From positions 65,437 through 129,436 of the forward strand of contig JACPTQ010000043.1 of the NCBI GenBank assembly GCA_016192705.1: a stretch of DNA of 64,000 bases, written 5' to 3'. Both the position numbers and the translations under genes were made by a program. This DNA is from Deltaproteobacteria bacterium. Its GTDB lineage: Bacteria > Myxococcota > JACPTQ01. The notes below the pieces were generated by a model that searched no databases, had not been told where the DNA came from, and saw only the letters and a program-made list of their open reading frames with translations. Below are positions 7,611-16,449 of this stretch, in pieces. The number at the start of each line of letters is the position of its first letter. Position 1 is the first letter of the stretch.

Positions 7611-10600
7611 ATGTCGACGCACTGCGAGTTCTGCGGAGCCGAAGCGCAGGTAACGAAAAGCCACTGCGAGAATTGCCATACGATTCTCAATGAGGTCGCG
7701 CATCGAGAGCTTTGGCGGCTCAACATCCTCATCGACGAAGTCGAGGCGTGGCGCGAGCGGGGCGACCTTCTCCCGGCCGAGATCTTTCGCTTGGAACGCC
7801 AGTATCGCTCGAGTCGCGAGAGGCTGCTGGCGTCCCGAACACCCGCCTCCGCTTCCGCACCCGCTACCGCTACCGCACCCGCTACCGCTCCCGCCTCCGC
7901 ACCCGCAAAAGATTTTAACGCCAAGGCGCAAAGGAGCGAAGACGCAAAGAATGAGACCTCTTCCCGTGGCGACTCCGCGCCTTTGCGTCAAATTCCCGCT
8001 CCGGAATTCGCAGTCACTTCCGCAGAGACCGAACGAACCGGTCCATCGGCCATATCCTGGGCGATCTTGATCGCTCTTGCTGTTTTCGTCATCGCCGTGT
8101 TCGACGGCGATTTCATCTCCTTCGTCTTTGCTGGTTCGATCCTCAGCATCAATATCGTGCGTTCGTTCTTACGACGACAGTCGGTACAGCCACCCGCACC
8201 CGCTCCCGCAGAAGATTTCAACGCCAAGGCGCAAAGGAGCGAAGACGCAAGAAATGAGACCTCTTCCCGTGGCGACTTCGCGCCTTTGCGTCAAATTCCC
8301 GCACCCGCTCCAGCATCCGCAACCGCCGACGAAACCGCACCCGCGCAAAACCCAAAACGCGCGGAGCATCGCATCGAATGGCTCGCCAACGTCGGGATCG
8401 CCGCGGTCCTTACAGCGGTCGTCTTATTGGCTGAGGCGCATTGGGCCTCGGTCGCGGAAGTCGCCCGCGCCGCGATCGTGGGCGGCGGGGCGCTCGCGCT
8501 GTTTCTCGTCGGTGCGCTCCTTCGGTCTCGCACAGCCCTGAAAACAACCGGTTGGGCGCTCGTTGTCGTCGGCGCACTCGGCGTCCCAATCGCGGTCGCA
8601 CTGGCGGCCATTGCATCAGGCGCTCGGGCGCAAAGCGCGGTGGTCGCGACGGGCGGCGCTCTCACGACGATCTTCTACGCCCTTTCGGCTCGCTGGTTTA
8701 CATCGAAACTCTTTGGACTCCTCACACCGCTCACGGTTCTTACGGCGTACGGATTCCTTCTCAACGCGGCGTCGGCGCCACCCGAAGCGTACCCAAGTGG
8801 TTTTGGAATCGCGGGCCTCGCCTTCGCGGTTTTCGCATGGCAGCGCCCTCAGAATCGAGCCGCGACCTTACTTGCGCGCCTCATTGTCCTTGGGTCGGCC
8901 ACTCTCCCAGCGGTTCTCGCAGTACGCGGCGATCTCCCATGGGCGTGGGGCGCCATCGGCTTTTTGGCCGTGGCCGGCGGGTTCGCCGTCCTCTCGATCC
9001 CATCGGCGAAATGGGCCGTGGGCGCTCCCTTGGCGCTTCTCGGCGCACTTTACTGCGCGTTCGTTACGTTTGGGGTTGCGGGTGTTGTGCGAGACAGCGG
9101 GTTTGCGATCCTCGGTGGGGCCTTTGTTGTCGCGGGTTTGCGCGATGGCATTCGAGCGCGCGCGCGCTGTCTCGGCGGCGTCCTGGCGCTCCAAATCGGC
9201 ATCGCAATGGCAATCACCGAAGCCGCACCCGCAGCGCTCATCGGGGTGATCGCGAGCATTGCCATTGCGTCGCTCACGGCTGCGGTCGCGACCGTTCGTC
9301 GCAAAAGCGAGCTGTGGGCTCTCGCGGCTTTGGTGGGTGCGGGATGCGCGCTGGGCCTTACCGCATGGCAACTTGGCGCCAACCTCGAACTCCTCGCGCT
9401 CGTGCTCGGCGGCTTTGCGAGCGCAATGCTGGTCACATCGCACCTCAGCGTTTTCCTTCGCCGCGTCTCCATCGCGACCGGAGTCGGCTTTCAGATCGTG
9501 GCCGGCCTCGCCGTCTTTTGGAACGGCCAGCCCCCAACGGGATGGGAAGGAATCGCCGCGCTTGTGTTGTCCGTCGCCGCAGGCGCGTTCGCTCTCGTGC
9601 GCCGGGACTCGCGATGGCTGTATTTCGTCGCGGCCGGTGCCGTCGTGTCGCTCATCGCCACGCTCGGCGCGACCCGCGTTCCGTTTGAAGCGTGGCCCAT
9701 CGCGATTGAGGCTCTTCTCGCCGTCCCGTTCGCGCTGCAGCTCAAGAAAATTTCGCGTGAGGCAAATTCCCTCGCCGGATTGGCGGCGGCCCTCGGTCTC
9801 GTCTTTGGCCTTACGCACCTCGAAACTCCCATCGTTGGCGTCACCACGCTTGGCTTCTCTGGAATCCTCTGGACGATCCTCGGCGCCCGGCTTGGACCGG
9901 CATCGTCTGGGCGCATGCGCGACATCTGCGCCCTCATGGTCGGCGCTGGCGCTGGCGCCATCTGCATCAGCGTCTCGTGGGTGCTCGCTCTACCGGCCAT
10001 CGCCCTCACCCCCGCGTGGATTGCGCCAGCATCCGCCGTGCTGCCCGCACTCCTCGTTGTTCTCGCGAGCCGCGTTCGAGCGCGTTTCCTTGACCTCCCC
10101 TGGGCGGTGATTGGAGCGGTCGGCCTCATCTTCGCCTTGCAGCAGTCGTTTCCAGGCGGCGCACAAGCCATCGGCATGGTCGCGATCCTTATCGCCGCTG
10201 CATCCGGCCTTGCGTCGCCCGTTGCGCCCAACTTCCTTCGCGGCGTCGCGGCGCTCGCCTTCAACACCGCAGAGTTCGCATTTCTCGTTCACTTCGACGT
10301 CGCACCGATGATCTCCGCGTCTATCTTGATGCTCACGGCATTCGCGGAAGCCCTCGGAGCGACCCTCGCGGGCGAACGCAAACACGGAACTGGAATCCTT
10401 CTGTCCGCTCTCGTTCTCGCGATCTCGGCGATTGTGCAATCTTTTATTCCGCGCGTTGGTCCCGAAGGCTCACTCGCGCCTGCGCTCATTGCGATTGGCC
10501 TTTTCGCCGTCGGTGGCTGGATCGTCGCGGGACTCAGACGACAGACCTACCTTCTCGCGCTCGCGCTCTGCGCGACACTCAGTTTCTTCTTCATCGCCCT

Positions 10601-11168
10601 GCGCGCGGCGTCGATCGACATCGTTGAAGCTTATATCTTCCCACCCGTCGCGGCTTTCCTCGTTTGGGCGGCCTTCGCCACACGACGCGTCTTCGCGATC
10701 CACATCGACGCGCTCGGCGAAGTCCGGTTTGAGGAACGTCTGTCGCGATACGCAAGCGGAATCGCCCGTGGCGTCGCGGTGCGGCTCCCGTTCTTCCGCG
10801 TCCTGGCGATTCTCATCGCGCTCGTCCCGTCCACCTTGTTGGGGCTCTCGGAGAGTGACACGCTGCACACCATCCTCGCGGTGTCTGCGGGCGCGAGCGT
10901 CCTCGTTTACGGCGTCCTCATCCGCAAGAAAATCGACGCGCTGCTCGGCACCGTCGGGCTTCTGTTTGTTGTTCTATGGAAAGCGATCGCGTGGCTCGCC
11001 TACTGGGAAGTGCTCCGAAACGCCGCGGCCGCGTGGTGGTTCCTTGTGGTGGGCGTCGTTCTCCTTACGACAACGGCCGCCATCGAACTGCATCGTCGTG
11101 GCCGGTTGAGGGGGTACGGGAAAAGCGTGCGCGAGACCCTCGACCGGCATTTCACGTCCTGGGGATAA
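7611..11168 (+). CDS. Large polytopic membrane protein with an N-terminal zinc ribbon (possibly DUF2339-like; family unverified)
   Basis: ATG 7611 is preceded by GGGAGGGGG. N-terminus is CEFCG...CENCH. About 25 or more hydrophobic segments follow. It contains two in-frame copies of an 89-bp repeat. Confidence 0.7.
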   Translation: MSTHCEFCGAEAQVTKSHCENCHTILNEVAHRELWRLNILIDEVEAWRERGDLLPAEIFRLERQYRSSRERLLASRTPASASAPATATAPATAPASAPAKDFNAKAQRSEDAKNETSSRGDSAPLRQIPAPEFAVTSAETERTGPSAISWAILIALAVFVIAVFDGDFISFVFAGSILSINIVRSFLRRQSVQPPAPAPAEDFNAKAQRSEDARNETSSRGDFAPLRQIPAPAPASATADETAPAQNPKRAEHRIEWLANVGIAAVLTAVVLLAEAHWASVAEVARAAIVGGGALALFLVGALLRSRTALKTTGWALVVVGALGVPIAVALAAIASGARAQSAVVATGGALTTIFYALSARWFTSKLFGLLTPLTVLTAYGFLLNAASAPPEAYPSGFGIAGLAFAVFAWQRPQNRAATLLARLIVLGSATLPAVLAVRGDLPWAWGAIGFLAVAGGFAVLSIPSAKWAVGAPLALLGALYCAFVTFGVAGVVRDSGFAILGGAFVVAGLRDGIRARARCLGGVLALQIGIAMAITEAAPAALIGVIASIAIASLTAAVATVRRKSELWALAALVGAGCALGLTAWQLGANLELLALVLGGFASAMLVTSHLSVFLRRVSIATGVGFQIVAGLAVFWNGQPPTGWEGIAALVLSVAAGAFALVRRDSRWLYFVAAGAVVSLIATLGATRVPFEAWPIAIEALLAVPFALQLKKISREANSLAGLAAALGLVFGLTHLETPIVGVTTLGFSGILWTILGARLGPASSGRMRDICALMVGAGAGAICISVSWVLALPAIALTPAWIAPASAVLPALLVVLASRVRARFLDLPWAVIGAVGLIFALQQSFPGGAQAIGMVAILIAAASGLASPVAPNFLRGVAALAFNTAEFAFLVHFDVAPMISASILMLTAFAEALGATLAGERKHGTGILLSALVLAISAIVQSFIPRVGPEGSLAPALIAIGLFAVGGWIVAGLRRQTYLLALALCATLSFFFIALRAASIDIVEAYIFPPVAAFLVWAAFATRRVFAIHIDALGEVRFEERLSRYASGIARGVAVRLPFFRVLAILIALVPSTLLGLSESDTLHTILAVSAGASVLVYGVLIRKKIDALLGTVGLLFVVLWKAIAWLAYWEVLRNAAAAWWFLVVGVVLLTTTAAIELHRRGRLRGYGKSVRETLDRHFTSWG
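7841..7906. repeat. CCCGCW-type hexamer tract
   Basis: acccgcctccgcttccgcacccgctaccgctaccgcacccgctaccgctcccgcctccgcacccgc. It encodes PASASAPATATAPATAPASAPA. Confidence 0.8.
7911..7999 (+). repeat. 89-bp palindromic repeat unit R1, in frame inside the CDS
   Basis: Differs from 8214-8302 at 4 of 89 positions. The arm gacgcaaag (7941-7949) pairs with ctttgcgtc (7981-7989). Confidence 0.9.
8214..8302 (+). repeat. 89-bp palindromic repeat unit R2, in frame inside the CDS
   Basis: Second copy, exactly 303 bp (101 codons) downstream of R1. It is flanked on both sides by CCCGCW tracts (8191-8210 and 8298-8346). Confidence 0.9.
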
Positions 11169-11267
11169 CGAACTCCCAGACAAGCCGACGCTCATTGTCA
11201 TGGGGCTGCGCAACAAATCGGTTAATACCCCGTCTTCTAGATAGACAAGGCGAAGGAGGATAAGGAA

Positions 11268-12806
11268 ATGCCTTTTCGATCGATCAGATGGGCTATCGGG
11301 ACCCCGGGGCGGGCGACGACGGCCGAAAAGTTGATAGTGATCATCGGCTTGGGGGCGAGCATCGGGTGCGTCACAGACGCGAGCGTGCGGGGCAGATCGG
11401 TCGACAGGGCAAAAACGCTCTGCCATAATTTTCGCACGACTCACCATTGCCGCCTCATCGGCTGGCAGCGCGATCGCCGAATTAATACGACGTTCCGCGC
11501 CGACCAGAACATGCTCAAGCTCATGTGCGACGGGTACACGGGCGAGTTCGACATGACGGTATATGCCGGTCTTGACGAGAAGAAGCCCGATCCCATCGAC
11601 GCGGCGATGATGACGATCGTGTTCGTCGCGAACAAAGAATGTGGCGAATACAAGGGGCGCTTCTCTCACAGCATCTTGTCGAGCGTCTACCCGTTCGTGC
11701 TGCGCGTGGACGAAGCGCAGGTTGTCGGCGCCGTTACGAAGCTTGACCTTCCCCCGGAGATAAAGGCGGGCTTTGTCGACCGATTCAGGGGGTGCAAGGC
11801 CCACGTTTTGGATCTCGTCGCGCGAATGAACCCGCGATTGAAACGCGTCTATGTCGATACGGTCCTTGATACGCACGCCCAACGCGCCAAGGACGAGAAG
11901 GCGCTCGCGTCGTTCCACGCCCGGTACGCTCAACTGAAACCGGCGCTAGAAAAGGCGTTGCTATACAAAACCGTGACGAGCGCACTGCGGGGCACGGCGC
12001 AGACGCTACGGGATGACTACGTCGATGCCTGTCTCAAGCGGGGCCGCTCTGCGACAAGTTGCCTCACGGGTCCGGTAGGTCGCCCGCTCACCCTTTCTTT
12101 GTTGCGATTGAATATCGCTCTCAAGGATGCGCTGCTGGCAAACGCCGAAGAGGCCGCGCTCATGGCCGGCCCCGACCGAACAAACGTCAAGGTCGAGGTG
12201 CGGTTCGCCGTCGACGACGCGGTGCGCGCCGAGAACGCGAAGGCCGACGCCTACATGAAGGCCAAGGCCTTCGTGACCGATCCGTCGCTTCTCGCCTCGC
12301 GCTTCGGAAACCCCCCGCCGGAGCGCGCGTACGAGTGGGTGGGCTTGGCGGGGCTTGCCCCTCCCGATCGACCGTACTACGCAGTTGACTCCTTCCAAAA
12401 CCCAAACATAGAGCGGATCCACCGCGCCGTCGCGCGCGTTCGAACGAACGGTAAAAAGGCAACGATCGTTTTTCGAGACATCGTGAGTCGGTTCGACGAG
12501 CAGACCGGTTGTCGCGAGACGAAAAAGATCGATCGGATCACGTCATCGGGCGGCATAATCTATCGCGAGCACTGCAACGGTCCGTGGCTCAAACGCACCA
12601 CGCGCGATCACATCGCTCCGATCACGGTCTCCGCGCGCGACGTTCGCGCGATCAAGCCGGGGCGCGTTGTCATGGCCGTGGCTGAGAAAAAGAGTCGCCG
12701 TGGCGTGGTCCTCTTTGTTTATCCCGGTGAGACGAAGAATGGCCGCAACTACGATCCGAAACCTCTTCAGATTCGCTCGTTCCCGGAGGCGCAAGCCGCG
12801 CGATGA
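11268..12806 (+). CDS. Hypothetical protein, probable lipoprotein; no recognisable domain
   Basis: Strong RBS AAGGAGG 8 nt upstream of ATG 11268. The N-terminal hydrophobic stretch ends in GASIGC. Confidence 0.6.
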   Translation: MPFRSIRWAIGTPGRATTAEKLIVIIGLGASIGCVTDASVRGRSVDRAKTLCHNFRTTHHCRLIGWQRDRRINTTFRADQNMLKLMCDGYTGEFDMTVYAGLDEKKPDPIDAAMMTIVFVANKECGEYKGRFSHSILSSVYPFVLRVDEAQVVGAVTKLDLPPEIKAGFVDRFRGCKAHVLDLVARMNPRLKRVYVDTVLDTHAQRAKDEKALASFHARYAQLKPALEKALLYKTVTSALRGTAQTLRDDYVDACLKRGRSATSCLTGPVGRPLTLSLLRLNIALKDALLANAEEAALMAGPDRTNVKVEVRFAVDDAVRAENAKADAYMKAKAFVTDPSLLASRFGNPPPERAYEWVGLAGLAPPDRPYYAVDSFQNPNIERIHRAVARVRTNGKKATIVFRDIVSRFDEQTGCRETKKIDRITSSGGIIYREHCNGPWLKRTTRDHIAPITVSARDVRAIKPGRVVMAVAEKKSRRGVVLFVYPGETKNGRNYDPKPLQIRSFPEAQAAR

Positions 12807-12863
12807 TCGTTCTGACTCTCGGTCAATGCGATTCAGGTTCGTCGGACGTTTAGCTTCTTCCCG

Positions 12864-14927
12864 TCACGGCGTCGCGCAACAGCGAAAACCGATTTCGCCC
12901 GACCGCTCGCCGGCCGGCTTACGAAGCCGCGACGCGCAACGCACGCCGTAGTCCGGCCGGAGGCTCGACCCACCGCGCACCGCGCCCAGCTTCGCGCCCT
13001 GCGCCGACGTCGCCGCTGTCCACTCGGCCACGTTGCCGCTCATGTCGACCGCGCCGCTCGGCGACCGACATCCCCGATATTCCCCCACGGGTGCGACGTT
13101 TCGAGGCGCCCCCGTGGCGTCGGCCGAGTTGCACGTGTCGGCGTCGAACTCGTCGCCGTATGGGTACCGGATTTTCCGGCCCCCGTTGCACGCGCGCTCC
13201 CACTCGTCTTCGGAGCAAAGCCGCTTCAGAGCGCGTTCGCAGATGCCCTGAGCCTCGCCAAACGAAACGCGCGTCGCCGGCATTGCGCCGCGATACCCGG
13301 GGTACTCGAAAACGTCGACGCAAAAATCGTCCACTTTAACCCACTCGAACGCCCGATCCCCAAATGCGCGAAGCGGATCGCTCGCCGCACTGCCAACCGG
13401 CGTCTTTCCGCCCTTAACCAGCGCCATCCCCTTCGCGCACTTTCCCTTCTTGGGTGGCACGACCTTCGATGGAACGTCGCGGTCGGGTGCCGCTCCCGCA
13501 CCCGCTCCCGCACCCGCGCGCGCACCCGCATCCGCTACCGCTCCCGCTCCCGCATCCGCTACCGCCACCACCACCGCTACCGCTCCCGCATCTGCTACCG
13601 CACCCGCGCCCTTCCCCGCATCCGCGGCTGGATCGCGGATCGGCTGTGCGCGCAACCGAGCAATCTCGCCATCAATCTGATCGATCGCGACAAGCGACCC
13701 AGCGGTGCCAACGACAAACGCAGCCGCGAGCAGCGCCCAACGAAGCACAAACCCAGCGGGCCAATCGCGCGACGGTTTTTGCCAGACAGCCTCGCCCACA
13801 GGCGGCGTCGGCGTCCTGGCGGACGACTTTCCGCGCGGATGTGGTGGCCGTTCAGGAACCTTGGCATCCGGGATTGTTCCCGGTGGAAGCGGTGGCGATT
13901 GAGGCGCCGCTTTCTCGACCGGTTTCGTCGCCCTTGGCGCATCGCTTCGACTTGGCAGCGGGGGCGGCACCGGAGGCCGGGCCGGTTTTTCTGCAGCCTT
14001 CGCGCGATCGCCGCTTTCAGGAAATTCGAGCGACGGCTGACGCGCCGTGCTGGCATCGGCTTCGACGTGCTCGCCCGGGCCCGCCACAACGATTTTAGCC
14101 GGTGCACCGCCTGGTCGCCGCGCGCCCTCCCGCGTTGGCGTCGGCGCAATGGTCTCGCGAAACGCCTCGATCAACTCCGCGGGCGAAACAAAACGGTCCG
14201 CTGGATTTGCCGCAACCGCGCGCGACACGAACTCCGTAACACTCGCCGGCTTTCCCGCGGCTCCAACGCGCTCGGCCGCGCCCCCCCGCGCACACGCTTC
14301 GTCCCACTTCCCGACCAACAATTCAAAGGCGATGGCGCCGAGCGAGAACAGGTCGGATCGCGTATCTCCGCGCCCCTCGCGCACTTCCGGCGCGTGGAAC
14401 GGGCCCAGCGACGTCGCGAACCGGTTGCCATCCAAGGCCTCGCGCAAATAGAGGTCCGTAATTTTTATCGCGTCGGGCAAAATGAGAATGTTCGCCGGCC
14501 TCAAGTCTCCATGAAAAGTCGTGCGGTGAACCACCTCAAGCGCCGAAACGAGCTGCGATAGGAGCGCGTCCGCCTCATCCAGCGAAAATCGATCGCCCTT
14601 TTCGGCGCGCATCGCAAACGCGCGGTCGAGCGACACCCCCTCGATGAACTGAGCCGCGACGAAAACCGCGTCGCCATCCTCACCGACATCAAAGACGCGA
14701 TTCAAATTTCTATGCGAAATCTTTCGCGCGAGACGCAGCGTATCAACCGCCCGACGCCGCTCGCCAGGTCCCGGAAAAACGCCGACATCGAACAGCTTGA
14801 GCGCCACCGTCACTTCAATCTCGGCGTCTTGGGCCGCGTACACGGCACCGAAGGGACCGCGCCCAACGAGCGACCGAATTTCGTACCGGCCCGCGATCCG
14901 ATCGCCCTCTTTAAAATCCTTCGTCAC
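12864..14927 (-). CDS. Ser/Thr protein kinase fused through a TM segment to an FGE-sulfatase (SUMF1-like) domain
   Basis: Kinase motifs GRGPFGAVY, HGDLRPANIL and APE. C-terminal motifs RVSFGEAQGIC, DMSGNVAEWT and VRGGS are typical of formylglycine-generating-enzyme-family domains. The GTG start lies 3 nt after the dut stop. Confidence 0.9.
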   Translation of the reverse strand: MTKDFKEGDRIAGRYEIRSLVGRGPFGAVYAAQDAEIEVTVALKLFDVGVFPGPGERRRAVDTLRLARKISHRNLNRVFDVGEDGDAVFVAAQFIEGVSLDRAFAMRAEKGDRFSLDEADALLSQLVSALEVVHRTTFHGDLRPANILILPDAIKITDLYLREALDGNRFATSLGPFHAPEVREGRGDTRSDLFSLGAIAFELLVGKWDEACARGGAAERVGAAGKPASVTEFVSRAVAANPADRFVSPAELIEAFRETIAPTPTREGARRPGGAPAKIVVAGPGEHVEADASTARQPSLEFPESGDRAKAAEKPARPPVPPPLPSRSDAPRATKPVEKAAPQSPPLPPGTIPDAKVPERPPHPRGKSSARTPTPPVGEAVWQKPSRDWPAGFVLRWALLAAAFVVGTAGSLVAIDQIDGEIARLRAQPIRDPAADAGKGAGAVADAGAVAVVVAVADAGAGAVADAGARAGAGAGAGAAPDRDVPSKVVPPKKGKCAKGMALVKGGKTPVGSAASDPLRAFGDRAFEWVKVDDFCVDVFEYPGYRGAMPATRVSFGEAQGICERALKRLCSEDEWERACNGGRKIRYPYGDEFDADTCNSADATGAPRNVAPVGEYRGCRSPSGAVDMSGNVAEWTAATSAQGAKLGAVRGGSSLRPDYGVRCASRLRKPAGERSGEIGFRCCATP
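13489..13627. repeat. Longest CCCGCW-type hexamer tract (about 140 bp)
   Basis: C-rich on the top strand although the gene is on the minus strand. It is translated as AGAVADAGAVAVVVAVADAGAGAVADAGARAGAGAGAGA. Confidence 0.8.
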
Positions 14928-14930
14928 CGC

Positions 14931-15380
14931 TTATTGCCCCGTGTGCCCGAAGCCCCCGTCGCCGCGCGCCGTTTCATCGAGCTCGGCGCGTTGATCCCAC
15001 GCAACTCGGGTTACCGGTGCGACGACAAGCTGCGCGATGCGGTCGCCCGGCTCAATCGCCACTGCGCGCTCGCTCACGTTCACCAAAATCACCTGCACCT
15101 CGCCGCGATAATCGGCATCGATTGTTCCCGGCGCATTCAACACCGTTAGACCCAATCGCCACGCGAGCCCGCTTCGTGGTCGCACTTGCCCTTCGTACCC
15201 GCGCGGGAGCGCGATGGCAATTCCCGTCGGCACGCGCACGCGCGCAAGCGGCTGCACGACAAGCGGCGCGCCAATCGCCGCAACGAGATCGACACCCGCC
15301 GCGTCGTCCGTTGCGTACGACGGCAGCGCAAACGCCGCTCCCGGCCCAGCGACGCGACGAATCGGAACGCGCACGATCAT
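14931..15380 (-). CDS. dut: dUTP diphosphatase
   Basis: 149 aa. Contains AAGVDL, RSGLA, GTIDADYRGE and GFGHTG, the canonical trimeric dUTPase motifs. Confidence 0.95.
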   Translation of the reverse strand: MIVRVPIRRVAGPGAAFALPSYATDDAAGVDLVAAIGAPLVVQPLARVRVPTGIAIALPRGYEGQVRPRSGLAWRLGLTVLNAPGTIDADYRGEVQVILVNVSERAVAIEPGDRIAQLVVAPVTRVAWDQRAELDETARGDGGFGHTGQ

Positions 15381-15468
15381 GGCCCCTCATTGTAATCGAA
15401 ATCCGCCCAGCGACGAATCGTGGTTGCAAGTGAGAAATTCGGGACCCCAAAAAAAACGCCAACCCCCC

Positions 15469-15497
15469 TTGCATCGATCCATCGACGTCCGTATCCT
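15469..15497 (+). promoter_or_regulatory. Candidate sigma-70 promoter for dksA (TTGCAT, 17 nt spacer, TATCCT)
   Basis: The hexamers were read directly at 15469-15474 and 15492-15497, about 75 nt upstream of the start codon. Confidence 0.35.
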
Positions 15498-15571
15498 GAT
15501 CACGAGGGCTCAGGCCCACACAAGTTGAATGGGATGCGAACACAACAACCTTTCGACGTCGGAGGTCAGCG

Positions 15572-15934
15572 ATGAACAAGGAGCGAGTGAAGTTTTTCCG
15601 CCAACTCCTTAGCGAGCGCTTGGTGCGCGCGAGCGACGCCAACAACGTTCAGGAGGCCGTTGAGACGCCCCTCGAAGCTCTCCCAGACCAAAATGATCAA
15701 GCGTCGGTCGACTACGATCGCACCCTCGGCATCCGCATCCTCGACCGCGAACGACGCCTCATTCACAAGATTAAGCAGGCGCTCGAACGGCTCGAAACAG
15801 GCTCGTACGGCCTTTGCGAAGAGTGCGGCGAAGAGATCCCTGAAAAGCGACTCGTGGCGCGCCCCGTCACGACGGTGTGCGTCGATTGCAAAAACGAAGG
15901 TGAAAAACGCGAGCGCTCGTTCCTTCAGGAGTGA
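15572..15934 (+). CDS. dksA: DksA/TraR-family C4 zinc-finger transcription factor
   Basis: 120 aa. A coiled-coil N-terminal part is followed by CEECGEEIPEKRL...CVDC. RBS GGAGG is upstream. Confidence 0.9.
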   Translation: MNKERVKFFRQLLSERLVRASDANNVQEAVETPLEALPDQNDQASVDYDRTLGIRILDRERRLIHKIKQALERLETGSYGLCEECGEEIPEKRLVARPVTTVCVDCKNEGEKRERSFLQE

Positions 15935-16008
15935 TCGAAGAAGAGAGTTCCGACGCGCATCGGCTCGAAGAACGTGAGCTATCCATCCTTCGCGTTCTTA
16001 ACTTCATC

Positions 16009-16449
16009 TCACTGCAATTCCTCCTTTGTCGGCTCTTCCTCACCATACGAAAGTTTTTTGACCTCTTCGATCTCACGCGCTGGAACCTCCTCGCGATGCC
16101 ATGCGAGGTAATGGATGCAAAGAGAGTTTGTTTCCATGCTTGAATCTGGCAACACGTGATTCGTGTTGTCGCTCATGGCCCCGCAAACACACTCGTGCCA
16201 ACCCATAAACATAATGTCTTCAATCTTGCCGTTCACAAGAGAGCCTTCGATGGTTTTACGATACGCGGCAGTCATCTTTCTTGTGATCTCATCCAGCGTC
16301 GGCTGCGCGGACTTCTGTTGCGTCGGCTCAATGAACAACAATTCGCGACTTTCCACTTTCATCCTTACGCCGCTTCCGGCCGTGGTCACAGTTTGAATTG
16401 ATCGGCGCTCCTTTTCCAGTTTCTCCTCGATCCCTGGATAAGCAGCCAA
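16009..16449 (-). CDS. Hypothetical protein in a low-GC islet; no recognisable family
   Basis: 146-aa ORF (TTG start; alternative ATG at 16362). Composition is clearly AT-richer than its surroundings. His/Cys cluster WHECVCG...CIHYLAWH. The conserved element 16423-16841 abuts and overlaps its start. Confidence 0.5.
   Translation of the reverse strand: MAAYPGIEEKLEKERRSIQTVTTAGSGVRMKVESRELLFIEPTQQKSAQPTLDEITRKMTAAYRKTIEGSLVNGKIEDIMFMGWHECVCGAMSDNTNHVLPDSSMETNSLCIHYLAWHREEVPAREIEEVKKLSYGEEEPTKEELQ

Noticed and set aside
7911-8302. A template/variable repeat pair of a diversity-generating retroelement, considered both for R1/R2 and for the two element copies.
   Set aside because: The mismatches are not adenine-specific, and no reverse transcriptase gene is present in the window.
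10974-11933. 319-aa minus-strand ORF overlapping the end of the 1185-aa gene and the start of the lipoprotein gene.
   Set aside because: It has no RBS and an Arg/His/Asp-rich composition. The plus-strand gene at 11268 has a consensus AAGGAGG RBS and a signal peptide.
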